From: Candidatus Parcubacteria bacterium
Lineage (GTDB): Bacteria; Patescibacteriota; Minisyncoccia; Phycocordibacterales; PALSA-1337
Assembly: GCA_041158765.1 (NCBI GenBank)
Contig: JBEBAU010000018.1
Span: forward strand, 2,557-66,556
Direction of reading: 5' to 3'
Length of the DNA: 64,000 nt
The position numbers were made by a program, and so were the translations under genes. The notes below the pieces were generated by a model that was not told the DNA's origin, made no database searches, and saw only the letters and a program-made list of their open reading frames with translations. Positions 29,386-38,853 of this stretch are shown one piece after another. Each line of letters starts with the position of its first letter. Position 1 is the stretch's first letter.

Positions 29386-30258
29386 ATGCCAGACAAACAA
29401 GAAAAAAGCGCAGCGAAGGCTGTTTTGGCGCGCACAAGTCCCGTGATCGTCTTTCAGAAAAAGCTTGGCGAAACGCCGTTGGCCGCTCTTGAGCGTGCGC
29501 GTATTGAGTATGGAATTGCTGTAGATGTGCCCATGACATATGCAGGGAGGCTTGATCCGATGGCAGAAGGTGTGTTGTTGTTGCTTGTTGGGGAAGAGTG
29601 CAAGAAGAAGGGTGAGTATCTTGGACTCGATAAAGAGTATGAGGTAGAGATTGTTTTCGGGATCTCGACAGATACGTATGATATGCTCGGCTTGGCGGAG
29701 GCGCCTGACGGGCGCAACGGGTCATATATGCATACTGCAAAAATCGAACAGTTGATGGCTGTGGATTTTCAAAAATATGTTGGAAAGTTCTCGCAACCGT
29801 ATCCGGCTTTTTCTTCTAAGACTGTTGGTGGCGTGCAATTGCATACACTTGCGCGAGCGGGGGAGCTGCCAGATGAAAATGAAATGCCATCAAAAGATGT
29901 GGAAATATATTCTATTGAGGTGGTTGATGAAAAAACAAAAAATATGGACGGTGTGAAAGGTGTGGCGCAGGGGATTTCAGCTGAAAAGTTGCGTGAGCGA
30001 ATTATGAGTGGAATTGAGCTGGTGAAGGGGGATTTTCGGCAGGAGGAAATCATTAAACAGTGGGATTCAGTTTTTCGGACAGTTGAATTCGGTGGCAGTC
30101 AATTCAAGTGTCCGAATTTCCGAATTGTGCGTATACGTGTGAAATGTTCGAGCGGCACATATATGCGCTCTCTGGCTGAAAGAATCGGGCGAGAACTCGG
30201 TGTGGGTGGGTTTGCGCTTTCAATTAAAAGGCTTTCTGTGGGGTCGTTTCGTCTATAA
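29386..30258 (+). CDS. truB: tRNA pseudouridine synthase TruB-like
   Basis: YAGRLDPMAEGVL, KEYE, P.FSSK..GG..L..LAR.G, CSSGTYMRSLA. Confidence 0.88.
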   Translation: MPDKQEKSAAKAVLARTSPVIVFQKKLGETPLAALERARIEYGIAVDVPMTYAGRLDPMAEGVLLLLVGEECKKKGEYLGLDKEYEVEIVFGISTDTYDMLGLAEAPDGRNGSYMHTAKIEQLMAVDFQKYVGKFSQPYPAFSSKTVGGVQLHTLARAGELPDENEMPSKDVEIYSIEVVDEKTKNMDGVKGVAQGISAEKLRERIMSGIELVKGDFRQEEIIKQWDSVFRTVEFGGSQFKCPNFRIVRIRVKCSSGTYMRSLAERIGRELGVGGFALSIKRLSVGSFRL

Positions 30259-30292
30259 TTGTCGCGTTGTACCTCCGTGTTTTTAATGAAGG

Positions 30293-30423
30293 TTGCTTTA
30301 TTTCGTAGTTGTGGTATACTAGGATTACAAAAATGAAACGGTTTAGAATAGTTCAACCACAGAACTTCTCGTCGGAGAAGGCCGTTTGGGAAGAATCGCC
30401 AGAAATGGCGGTTTTTCTTTTTT
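30293..30423 (+). ncRNA. Candidate sRNA / cis-regulatory leader with own promoter and terminator
   Basis: TTGCTT(30293-98)-16 nt-TATACT(30315-20) with TG extension; three-stem junction 30336-30387; ATCGCCA-gaaa-TGGCGGT plus T-run. Confidence 0.5.
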
Positions 30424-30489
30424 ATGGCTGAAATAATATTTGTAGGCGATGTATTGATGTATCATTTAGTAGCGTATAATAGATTTTTT

Positions 30490-32361
30490 ATGAAAGACGA
30501 AACAAATAAAAAGCAGCAGCTCGAAAAAAAAGAACTTATCGATAAAAAGCAGCTGCTCAATGAGCTCAAAGCGAAAGTTGAAATAATTCGCGGGCATATC
30601 TCAGCTGAACAATTGAAAGTGCGAACGCTTGCCGAAAAGCCACTGAGCGAAATAAAATCTCTCAACCCTGAAGATCAGGTTGTGTATATGAATTTGCGAG
30701 CACAATCGGGGCAACGTCTCCAAGAGCTTGCTGATTTACTCGGAGCGCCGTTTTTTGTGCGATGCGATCTGACATATAAGAGAACAGGCAAAAATCGCGT
30801 GCGCTATTTCGCTAAGTATCATTTCACCGAAGATGATATCTATTCTTGGGTAACACCAGCCGCAACAATTCGTTTTGAAAAACCCGGACATATTCAGTAC
30901 AAATTACCAAATGGCGTGATCGAACAGGCTCTTATGACGCGCAAAGAACAATATATGATTGTTGATGGCAAGATCATTTTCTTTTCGGTTGAGACGATAG
31001 ATATGCCACGGGAGCTCATTCATCAAGAGCATTTTTCTACACGAAAAGGTGGCTTTTTGCTTCCTGAAATTGTTGCAGTGATGGAAAAAGCACAAGATAT
31101 GGTCATTCGCGCTCATCATGTCGGGCCATTTGTGATTTCTGGTCCTGCAGGTTCGGGCAAAACAACGCTAGCTCTCCATCGAGTTGCATATCTTGTGCAG
31201 GCTCCTGACACGGCGGTCCTCTATCCGAGAAGGTCGGTGATGGTTTTTGTTCAGGATAATGGTACGAAGGATTACTTTTCACATCTATTGCCAGAACTTG
31301 GTATTACAGATGTAGAGATAACCACATTTTTTGAGTGGGCATGCGCGATTCTGGATTTGGATTTGAGTCGAGATCAATATGTGCAACGACGAGGAAAGAA
31401 TGAGGTTGAGCAAGATATGCTCGAATTTGAGCGTTTGAAAAAACTGCGAGCAAAAGAAATTCCAAGTTGGAATGAGACAAAAGTTTTTTTGAAAAAGAGC
31501 GCCACGTTCGACCGTATTGATCTTACCGTTGCGCTTGTTTCGTATTTCAAACATCATAAAAAGTTCGAGACAAAACATCAGTATATGTCAGTTGAAAGGA
31601 ATGGTGAATTGAAGGAACGCACTCGCAAAACTCCAATTCAATATTCACTCCTCGTTGTTGATGAATTTCAGAATTATATGCCGGAGCAGCTTGAACTGCT
31701 CAATGCTTGCCTCGACTCCGAAACTCGTTCGGCTGTATATGTGGGGGATATGGCGCAGCAGATTCATGCGGGGACGCTGCGATCGTGGAATGATATTGGT
31801 ATTACCATATCAGGTGATCGCGAAGTTCGATTACAGAAAGTGTATCGAAATACCCGTCAAATTCTCGAATATATTCGTAAGCTTGGATATTCTGTTGAGA
31901 TTCCAGAGGGAATAAAAGATGGTCCGGAAGTTTCAGAAATTACTTTTTCTGAAAATGAAATAGGTGCTAGCCAAAATAGAGATGAAACCACAGAGACAAT
32001 TTCATATATACAAAAACTGCTTGAAAGTCGAGATGGCTTAATTGGCGTAATTGGAAAATCAGAGCAGGATATTTCAGAAATCAAAAAGTATTTTGAAAAT
32101 GGGGCAACGAAAAATCCACGAGTCCACGTCATGACGATGGCTCTCGCACAGGGAGTTGAATTCGATATTGTGTGTATCGTTGGTATGAAAAAAGATATGT
32201 TCTCAATTAGACATTCGCAAGATTTCATCAAACAAGCGCCCGAATTCATCGAGGAAAAGAAAAAGATTCAAAAAGATTTGCTCTATGTTGCGCTTACTCG
32301 AGCAATTAGTGAAATGCATGTGCTTGGTGGTGCACGATTGTCTGAAATTATACAAAAATAA
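30490..32361 (+). CDS. HelD-like SF1 helicase/ATPase
   Basis: PFFVRCD, YSWVTP.A, IVAVME..QD.VIR, SGPAGSGKTTLALHRVAYL, VDEFQ, VGD.AQ, YRNT, GVEFD, YVALTRA. Confidence 0.85.
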   Translation: MKDETNKKQQLEKKELIDKKQLLNELKAKVEIIRGHISAEQLKVRTLAEKPLSEIKSLNPEDQVVYMNLRAQSGQRLQELADLLGAPFFVRCDLTYKRTGKNRVRYFAKYHFTEDDIYSWVTPAATIRFEKPGHIQYKLPNGVIEQALMTRKEQYMIVDGKIIFFSVETIDMPRELIHQEHFSTRKGGFLLPEIVAVMEKAQDMVIRAHHVGPFVISGPAGSGKTTLALHRVAYLVQAPDTAVLYPRRSVMVFVQDNGTKDYFSHLLPELGITDVEITTFFEWACAILDLDLSRDQYVQRRGKNEVEQDMLEFERLKKLRAKEIPSWNETKVFLKKSATFDRIDLTVALVSYFKHHKKFETKHQYMSVERNGELKERTRKTPIQYSLLVVDEFQNYMPEQLELLNACLDSETRSAVYVGDMAQQIHAGTLRSWNDIGITISGDREVRLQKVYRNTRQILEYIRKLGYSVEIPEGIKDGPEVSEITFSENEIGASQNRDETTETISYIQKLLESRDGLIGVIGKSEQDISEIKKYFENGATKNPRVHVMTMALAQGVEFDIVCIVGMKKDMFSIRHSQDFIKQAPEFIEEKKKIQKDLLYVALTRAISEMHVLGGARLSEIIQK

Positions 32362-32420
32362 AAACCGCTAAGCTTGCGCTTGCGGTTGTGTGTGAATGTC
32401 ACGCGACTCTCGACTACCTG

Positions 32421-33050
32421 TCATCGCCATTCGGGCCGGAACAAAAATGTTCCAGTGAGTAGGATAAGAGATCCCTCGGGGGACCCGTCAGCATTCAGTC
32501 GGCTGTAATTCCATCGCCCATTCGCATTCGGCCCGTAATTTCGCCATAGCACTGCTTTTGCAGGCTTGCCAACATTATTCGTGATGGCGAGCTTGTTGAT
32601 TGGGTATGGACTGTCGTGTCCTGCAGAGAGCGAAATGGTTATCGCCGCATCGAGTGCGGGAAGTGTGCACTCAACGATATTCGTATCGCCGAACGACAGC
32701 ACCGAGCTTGGTGCGTTGTTCGGGTTTGCGTCAACCATGATTTTCGACGAGCGAAAATACTGGTTTTGGCTGTTATCGCCGGGGGAATTGTAAGTTCCCT
32801 GGAATGTGGTGCCGGCATTGGTGCCGTTATCCACAAGACCAACACAGTTCCATGTGAACATGTCACTGCTACCTTCAACCGCATAGGCGGAATAGGGTTG
32901 GCAGTTTGATGCGGTCAATGTGACGAACACACGGCCAGCATTCATACTGTCGGGTGTGATCCCGAGGATCGTAATTGTCTGCGCGGGGAGGGCGGACAGG
33001 GTAGCCATCACAAACAATGTGATATACAACCCATACTTTTTGGTTTTCAT
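32421..33050 (-). CDS. Secreted orphan protein with a Y.VE.S.D..W / FR motif region
   Basis: Signal peptide; YAVEGSSDMFTW...NQYFRS; visibly GC-richer than neighbours; minus-strand TTGACA at 33191-33196. Confidence 0.65.
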   Translation of the reverse strand: MKTKKYGLYITLFVMATLSALPAQTITILGITPDSMNAGRVFVTLTASNCQPYSAYAVEGSSDMFTWNCVGLVDNGTNAGTTFQGTYNSPGDNSQNQYFRSSKIMVDANPNNAPSSVLSFGDTNIVECTLPALDAAITISLSAGHDSPYPINKLAITNNVGKPAKAVLWRNYGPNANGRWNYSRLNADGSPEGSLILLTGTFLFRPEWR

Positions 33051-33204
33051 TCGCGGTGTTTCTTTCGTGGTTGGGAGTTGAGGTTTGGAGACGCATTACG
33101 ATCGACGTGAGGCTTAGTGTCGACGCGAGATTGTAAAGGAACAAGGGTTTGTGCTTGCTCAGGTAATATTGTCTCACTTTTAGTGAACATTGTCAATACA
33201 GTGA

Positions 33205-33325
33205 TAAAAAGAATATCCACAAGCTTTGAGAGGGCTTTCGCAGGACATGAAGATGTCCGAGAATGAGCTAGAAAGTCAGCAGACTTTCATAGTGTACCTC
33301 GATAAGCTTGTGGATATTCTTTTTA
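33205..33325 (+). repeat. Structured intergenic element, copy A (AGCA-loop family), 22-bp terminal inverted repeats
   Basis: TAAAAAGAATATCCACAAGCTT (33205-26) / AAGCTTGTGGATATTCTTTTTA (33304-25) enclosing GGACAT-gaag-ATGTCC and GAAAGTC-agca-GACTTTC hairpins. Confidence 0.85.
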
Positions 33326-35128
33326 GAGATCTTTTCGCTTTGCTTTTGCGCGGTCGTTGTCGGTGAGGAATTTCTTGCGGAGGCGGACATTCTTTGGAGT
33401 GATTTCAAGATATTCATCTTCACGCATGGTTTCGAGTCCTCGTTCGATATCGAGATCCCAGTGAGGAGTGAGCATGATGTGTTCGTCGTTTCCAGATGAG
33501 CGCATATTGCTCATTGCTTTTGCTTTACATGGATTCACGTCCATATCATCACCCTTCGATGTATCACCAACAACCATACCCTCATAGACATCAGTTGTAG
33601 GACCAATGAAGAGGCGACCACGTTCCTGTAGATTCCAAAGTGCGAAAGCAAGAGCCTTGCCGGTCATCATTGATGTCATAGAACCAGTGCCGTGCTTTTC
33701 GATTTCACCTGCATACGCACGGAATTCAAGGAAACGACTTGAAAGAATACCTTCACCCTTGGTATCAATAACGAAAGCACCTCGATATCCAAGAAGACCT
33801 CGAGTAGGAATTTCAAAAACCATTCGAACCTGATTCTCTTTTGTTTTCATATCCACCATCTGTGCTTTGCGCTTGCCGAGCTTTTCGATAATAACTCCTG
33901 AAGCTGTTTCAGGTGCATCAATAGTGAGCTCTTCGTATGGCTCGCTCTTAATCATTTTGCCATTAGCATCAGCAATGTCTTTCACAATAACTTGTGGCTG
34001 AGAAACCTGAAGTTCATATCCTTCACGGCGCATGTTTTCGAGAAGAACAGCAATGTGAAGCTCTCCACGGCCGAAGACTTTGTAATATTCACTTGATGAA
34101 AAATCTACTTTGAGACCGACGTTGATCTCGAGCTCTTTTTCGAGACGTTCACGGATTTGGCGACCTGTTACGAATTTGCCTTCTTTGCCCGCAAAAGGAG
34201 AGTTGTTAACGAGGAAGTTGAGGGAAATAGTCGGTTCATCAATCTTAATTGTTGGCATTGCAACAGTCTCTTGATTGTCGGTGATAGTTTCACCAATGAA
34301 GATTTCAGGAAGACCTGCAACTACAGCAATGTCTCCTGCTGCGGCTTCTTTGACCTCAACACGCTGCTTACCGGTGAATGTAAACATCTTGGTGATTTTG
34401 CCTGCCATTGTTGAACCATCAACTCGCTTCACGAATACATTCTGACCGTCTCGAAGCATTCCGTCGTACACACGACAAACCGCAAGTCGTCCAAGGAAGT
34501 TATCGTATCCAAGATTGAAAACCTGAGCTTTGAGAGGAAGTGATGCTTGTTCTGGAGTGTTGGCTGGAGGAACGTGTGAAAGGATACAGTCGAGAAGAGG
34601 TTTGAGATCAGTTGCTTCATCAGACATCTTCATCTTTGCAACACCTTGTCGGCCAATAGCGTATACGGTAGGGAAATCAATCTGGCTGTCATTGGCACCG
34701 AGCTCCATGAAGAGTTCGAGCACTGCATCGTGAGTACCATTCACATCTGCAGCTGGCTTGTCGATCTTGTTGATAACAACGATTGGCTTCATACCAAGCT
34801 CGAGAGATTTCTTGAGTACAAAACGTGTCTGTGGCATTGGGCCTTCCTGTGCATCAACAATGAGGAGCACGTTGTCAATTGATCGAAGCACACGTTCTAC
34901 TTCTGAACCGAAGTCGGCGTGACCTGGAGTGTCAACGATGTTGATCTTGGTGCCCTTATATTCAACCGAAGTATTCTTCGCATAAATAGTAATACCGCGC
35001 TCTTGTTCGAGGGCGTTGCTGTCCATTGAACCTTCATCGGTATGACCACATTGAGTCATGATGGCATCGGTCAAGGTTGTCTTGCCGTGGTCCACGTGAG
35101 CGATGATTGCGATATTGCGAATTTCCAT
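33323..35128 (-). CDS. typA: Translational GTPase TypA/BipA
   Basis: [42 protein letters not shown]. Confidence 0.98.
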   Translation of the reverse strand: MEIRNIAIIAHVDHGKTTLTDAIMTQCGHTDEGSMDSNALEQERGITIYAKNTSVEYKGTKINIVDTPGHADFGSEVERVLRSIDNVLLIVDAQEGPMPQTRFVLKKSLELGMKPIVVINKIDKPAADVNGTHDAVLELFMELGANDSQIDFPTVYAIGRQGVAKMKMSDEATDLKPLLDCILSHVPPANTPEQASLPLKAQVFNLGYDNFLGRLAVCRVYDGMLRDGQNVFVKRVDGSTMAGKITKMFTFTGKQRVEVKEAAAGDIAVVAGLPEIFIGETITDNQETVAMPTIKIDEPTISLNFLVNNSPFAGKEGKFVTGRQIRERLEKELEINVGLKVDFSSSEYYKVFGRGELHIAVLLENMRREGYELQVSQPQVIVKDIADANGKMIKSEPYEELTIDAPETASGVIIEKLGKRKAQMVDMKTKENQVRMVFEIPTRGLLGYRGAFVIDTKGEGILSSRFLEFRAYAGEIEKHGTGSMTSMMTGKALAFALWNLQERGRLFIGPTTDVYEGMVVGDTSKGDDMDVNPCKAKAMSNMRSSGNDEHIMLTPHWDLDIERGLETMREDEYLEITPKNVRLRKKFLTDNDRAKAKRKDL

Positions 35129-35321
35129 AATATGTAAGCGAAAATTAATAAACGATTGATTGAAAATTGGTCGAAAGTTCTAGAGAAATTTGAGCCAAAT
35201 GAAAACGAGCCACAGGCTCAGTTAGGCTCCTATTAAAGCATAAATTGAGTGGGGAAGTCAACTAGTGTTCAAATAGCCTATTCCTTGCCTAAAAAGAAGT
35301 ATTGTATATAATAATCAACAC

Positions 35322-35435
35322 ATGAAAACAGCGCAGACAACCGCAAACAAGGCCTATCACTTTATTAAGGTCAATTTCCTTGCTTGGAATTCATATTCTA
35401 GGGTTGGTGTTTGCGATGTATCTCTCTCACGATAA
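35322..35435 (+). CDS. Putative leader peptide (37 aa, not in ORF track)
   Basis: MKTAQTTANKAYHFIKVNFLAWNSYSRVGVCDVSLSR; TTGCCT(35285-90)..TATAAT(35307-12) upstream; strong hairpin directly after the stop. Confidence 0.45.
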   Translation: MKTAQTTANKAYHFIKVNFLAWNSYSRVGVCDVSLSR

Positions 35436-35444
35436 ATCTCTGAC

Positions 35445-35491
35445 ACAAGCCCTGGAATGACCCAGGGCTTGTTTGTTGCATGGCGCAACAA
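35445..35491 (+). promoter_or_regulatory. Attenuator/terminator-like tandem hairpins
   Basis: ACAAGCCCTGG-aatgac-CCAGGGCTTGT (11 bp) then TTGTTGC-atggc-GCAACAA. Confidence 0.55.
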
Positions 35492-35519
35492 AAAGTCTGT
35501 TCTTTACACAATCAAAAAT

Positions 35520-35879
35520 ATGAACTCAATCACTACCATATCTCGTGCGGATATTCGCCGTTCGAAATCAAATAATGAACCGTTTGTTGGTGCAGAAAAA
35601 CACGGCAGTGTCGGTTGGCTATCCACCACGCCAACTGAAGGCACTGGAGAAGTGTGGCACGAACTTCGGTGTTGGAGGAAAGAGGGATATGAATTTGGTT
35701 GGATTTCGGTTGAGGAGTTTGTTGAGCGCAAAAACAAAATCAAAAATGCGAATAGAACGTTTTATGCTACGCATCCAAACGAACTTCGCGGAAAGATTGA
35801 TTTGAAAAGGGGGAGAATTGGTGGATCACGTCGTGTTTCACAGTGGGATGTTTTTTTCTTTGCTTCGCCTGGGTGCTGA
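35520..35879 (+). CDS. Orphan hypothetical protein
   Basis: 119 aa ORF after an A/C-rich leader; ends at a bidirectional terminator. Confidence 0.55.
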   Translation: MNSITTISRADIRRSKSNNEPFVGAEKHGSVGWLSTTPTEGTGEVWHELRCWRKEGYEFGWISVEEFVERKNKIKNANRTFYATHPNELRGKIDLKRGRIGGSRRVSQWDVFFFASPGC

Positions 35880-35885
35880 TAAACC

Positions 35886-35916
35886 AAAAGGGTGTCACAT
35901 ATGACACCCTTTTTTA
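35886..35916. terminator. Bidirectional intrinsic terminator
   Basis: AAAAGGGTGTCA-cata-TGACACCCTTTT between convergent genes. Confidence 0.85.
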
Positions 35917-35933
35917 TTTTTCTACTATGCGTG

Positions 35934-36518
35934 TTATTTTTGGAGATTTTTCAAATAATATGTCCAGCCTGGCTGCCATTTCCAAGGTTTTGTGACGGCA
36001 TTTTCGAGAGGTTCTTTGTTGATGAGATGGTCGAGTGCGTATTGTGTTGCGCGATGACCAATAATCATAACTTTTGGGCAGTTATTGGTATGAGTGCCCT
36101 GTTCGTCATATTCGGCGAGTAGTTCTTTCAAAAAAGATTTCATGCGTGCAGTGGTTTGTGAATAGCTTTCACCTTTTGAAAATTGCTCGGTGAGATGATG
36201 GGCTTTTTCAATTTCAAATTCTTTCACAGGCTTACCTGTCCAATCTGGCCCACAATCTATTTCATTCAAACGCTTGTCACGAATAACGGTAATATCGCCA
36301 GAACGAATACGCTCAGCAAAAGCAATATTCGCACTATTATATGAGCGCTTGAGATCTGAACAGAAGATTGCATCAAATTGACGATTGGCATATCGCACAC
36401 CCATTTCTGCTGATTGTTTTTCACCAAGTGGAGAGAGCCCAACATCATGCTGGCCAGAAAATAGTCCAGCTTCATTGTCGAATGTTGTTCCGTGGGCCTC
36501 AAACGTAATTTTGATCAT
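35934..36518 (-). CDS. Histidine phosphatase (phosphoglycerate mutase-like) family protein
   Basis: AHG.T..N (RHG variant), LS.LG..Q, FCSDLKRS, RLNEID.G, GES, IIGH. Confidence 0.88.
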   Translation of the reverse strand: MIKITFEAHGTTFDNEAGLFSGQHDVGLSPLGEKQSAEMGVRYANRQFDAIFCSDLKRSYNSANIAFAERIRSGDITVIRDKRLNEIDCGPDWTGKPVKEFEIEKAHHLTEQFSKGESYSQTTARMKSFLKELLAEYDEQGTHTNNCPKVMIIGHRATQYALDHLINKEPLENAVTKPWKWQPGWTYYLKNLQK

Positions 36519-36615
36519 ATAAGCATCCTAGCAGATTAATTGACACAACTCCAGCTCTGTGATTGAATCACGTAAACCCCATTGTCAAAAATTGTCCAAA
36601 ACGAAAGAGAATACT

Positions 36616-37308
36616 GTGAACGCATTATTACACCGGCTTCTGTGTGAATCGGCGATAAAATACATTTTTCTGATTTCTGGTCCGTCCGGAAGTGGGAAAA
36701 CAACCCTGTTTGATCTGTTGCTCGAAATCTATTCTGGTCAAATGACGCGAGCGATTACATGCACGACACGTGCGCCACGTTTGAAAACCGGAACTGATCC
36801 ACGAATTGCTCCGGTTATGGAAGTGGATGGCCAAGATTATTACTTCTACACGAGACGACGCTTCTTGGAAGAGGTGAAAAAAGGTTTTTTCATTGAACAC
36901 GCTATGGTGCATGGAAAACACTACGGCATTCTGCGAAAAGAAATCTTCACCCTCCTCGGGGAATCGAACCATGTGCTGTTGAACCTCGATGTTCAGGGTG
37001 CGAAGCGTGTTCGCACCAAGGTCGCAAAAACTGATCCAGTTATTGCTGCTCGTCTCGTGGACGTATTCCTTACGCCTCGGTCGCTCGCTGTGCTTGAAAA
37101 GCGGTTGAAAAATCGCAAAAGTGAAAGTCCTGCGCAGCGTCTGAAGCGACTTGAGTCGGTCGAGCGGGAAGTTGCCTGCTCGAAGGACTTCGCGCACTTG
37201 ATTGAAAGTGGCACCCCACAGGAGGATCTTGAGATGATGGAAGCGATCATGATTACCGAAATCATGAACCGCGAACGCCGCCGGACACCTTTCGAATTGA
37301 CGGATTAA
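36616..37308 (+). CDS. gmk: Guanylate kinase
   Basis: ISGPSGSGKTTL, TCTTRAPR, EVDGQDYYF, EHAMVHGKHYG, DVQGA; GTG start assumed. Confidence 0.9.
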   Translation: MNALLHRLLCESAIKYIFLISGPSGSGKTTLFDLLLEIYSGQMTRAITCTTRAPRLKTGTDPRIAPVMEVDGQDYYFYTRRRFLEEVKKGFFIEHAMVHGKHYGILRKEIFTLLGESNHVLLNLDVQGAKRVRTKVAKTDPVIAARLVDVFLTPRSLAVLEKRLKNRKSESPAQRLKRLESVEREVACSKDFAHLIESGTPQEDLEMMEAIMITEIMNRERRRTPFELTD

Positions 37309-37316
37309 GCTGTTGT

Positions 37317-37348
37317 AAGCCGTTTTGCTCACGCAAAACGGCTTTTTT
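37317..37348 (+). terminator. Intrinsic terminator after gmk
   Basis: AAGCCGTTTTGC-tcac-GCAAAACGGCTT plus T-run. Confidence 0.85.
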
Positions 37349-37395
37349 CTATGAGAATCTTGCAAAAGTGACGCCCGTCTGCTATAGTTTCTCGC

Positions 37396-37665
37396 ATGAA
37401 AAAAGACATCCATCCAAAGGACTATCGCCAGGTAATCTTCGTTGATAACTCAAACGGAGCGCAGTTTCTTATTTCTTCTACTATCAAGACAAAAGAAACC
37501 GCAAAGTGGACTGATGGTAAGGAGTACCCATCATATGGTCTCGAAATCACCAGCGCTTCACATCCATTCTATACGAATCAGGAGAAGTCACTCGATGCAG
37601 CTGGACGTGTTGAGAAGTTTAAGAGTCGACAATCAAAGTCTACTGCAGCAAAGAAGAAGGCGTAA
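37396..37665 (+). CDS. rpmE2: 50S ribosomal protein L31 type B
   Basis: [35 protein letters not shown]; no Zn cysteines. Confidence 0.96.
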   Translation: MKKDIHPKDYRQVIFVDNSNGAQFLISSTIKTKETAKWTDGKEYPSYGLEITSASHPFYTNQEKSLDAAGRVEKFKSRQSKSTAAKKKA

Positions 37666-37669
37666 CGTA

Positions 37670-37786
37670 GAAAAAGAATTAAGTGTTTCTTTTAGGAAAC
37701 GCCGTCAAAATCTGCTGATTTTGCGGCTCGCTCTCGGATGTCAAACATCCTGCGAGAGTCCTAAAAGAAACACTTAATTCTTTTTC
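37670..37786 (-). repeat. Structured intergenic element, copy B (AGCA-loop family), 28-bp perfect terminal inverted repeats
   Basis: GAAAAAGAATTAAGTGTTTCTTTTAGGA (37670-97) / TCCTAAAAGAAACACTTAATTCTTTTTC (37759-86) enclosing two hairpins matching copy A on the minus strand. Confidence 0.85.
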
Positions 37787-37823
37787 ATATATACCTTATT
37801 CTTGATACAATAATCTAACGACT

Positions 37824-38825
37824 ATGGCACTTGATCTCGAAGCATTACGAAAAAATCACAAGACAGCGTATCTCGCTGAAATGTACGACAAACTGGTCAA
37901 AGACGAGCAGGAGATTTTCACTATGATTGCTGATGCAGAAAAAACTGGCGATGCAGGAATGAAAGAACTCGCACAACATGATCTCGTAAGTATTGCTGAA
38001 CAAAAAAGGGGTACCGAAGCTCAGATTAATGCCATTCTCGAATCAGAACGTGAGGAGATAGAGAATCCAACTGAACTTATTCTCGAAATTCGCGCAGGAG
38101 CGGGAGGTGATGAAGCTGCACTTTTTGCAGAAGAACTCGCAAACATGTACAAACTCTATGCTGAATCTCAAGCATGGTCATTCCGTGTTATTGAAGAGTC
38201 TCGTTCATCTGTTGGTGGGTACAAAGAAGCTTCTTTTGAAATAAAAGGAAAGGGTGTATATGAAGCACTTCGATATGAGACTGGGGTGCATCGAGTTCAG
38301 CGAGTTCCTGAAACAGAAAAGATGGGTCGAGTGCATACTTCTACGGTTACTGTTGCAATTTTGCCAATTCGTAAGAAGGTGAAATTTGAAATCAATCCAA
38401 GTGAAATTGAAATGGAATTTTCTCGTGCAGGAGGAAAGGGAGGACAAAACGTGAACAAGGTTGAGACAGCGGTGCGTCTTGTGCACCGACCAACTGGTAT
38501 TGATGTGCGAGCAACAGCAGAGCGTAGTCAAGCGAAGAACCGCGAGACAGCAATGAGTATCCTCATGGCCAAGCTCGAAGCACTCTACGAAGAACAAGAA
38601 GCGAAGAAATTCTCAGCGAACCGCAAGGGTCAGGTGGGTACCGGAGATCGATCAGAGAAAATTCGCACCTATAACTTCCCACAGGGTCGTGTTACCGACC
38701 ATCGTATTAAGGTGTCTTGGTACAGCATGGACAATATTTTTGCCGGCAAGATTCAGCCAATTATAGACGCTATATATAAGTATAAGGAGACAGGTATTGC
38801 TGGAAATGAGGATGATGCTGAGTGA
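37824..38825 (+). CDS. prfA: Peptide chain release factor 1
   Basis: [23 protein letters not shown] (PxT), [17 protein letters not shown]. Confidence 0.96.
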   Translation: MALDLEALRKNHKTAYLAEMYDKLVKDEQEIFTMIADAEKTGDAGMKELAQHDLVSIAEQKRGTEAQINAILESEREEIENPTELILEIRAGAGGDEAALFAEELANMYKLYAESQAWSFRVIEESRSSVGGYKEASFEIKGKGVYEALRYETGVHRVQRVPETEKMGRVHTSTVTVAILPIRKKVKFEINPSEIEMEFSRAGGKGGQNVNKVETAVRLVHRPTGIDVRATAERSQAKNRETAMSILMAKLEALYEEQEAKKFSANRKGQVGTGDRSEKIRTYNFPQGRVTDHRIKVSWYSMDNIFAGKIQPIIDAIYKYKETGIAGNEDDAE

Positions 38826-38853
38826 TTATAAGCAAAAATCTTAATAAGTAAGT

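Noticed and set aside
36628-37413. Long antisense ORFs (261 aa here; also 60630-61301)
   Set aside because: Shadows of GC-richer sense genes (gmk, oxidoreductase) with no recognisable motifs.
37442-37777. 111-aa ORF overlapping rpmE2 and element B
   Set aside because: Alternate-frame read-through of L31 and an inverted repeat.
33205-37786. Inverted-repeat elements as classical IS/MITE or CRISPR
   Set aside because: No transposase, no clear target duplication for copies A and B, terminal repeats largely unshared, and no repeat-spacer array.
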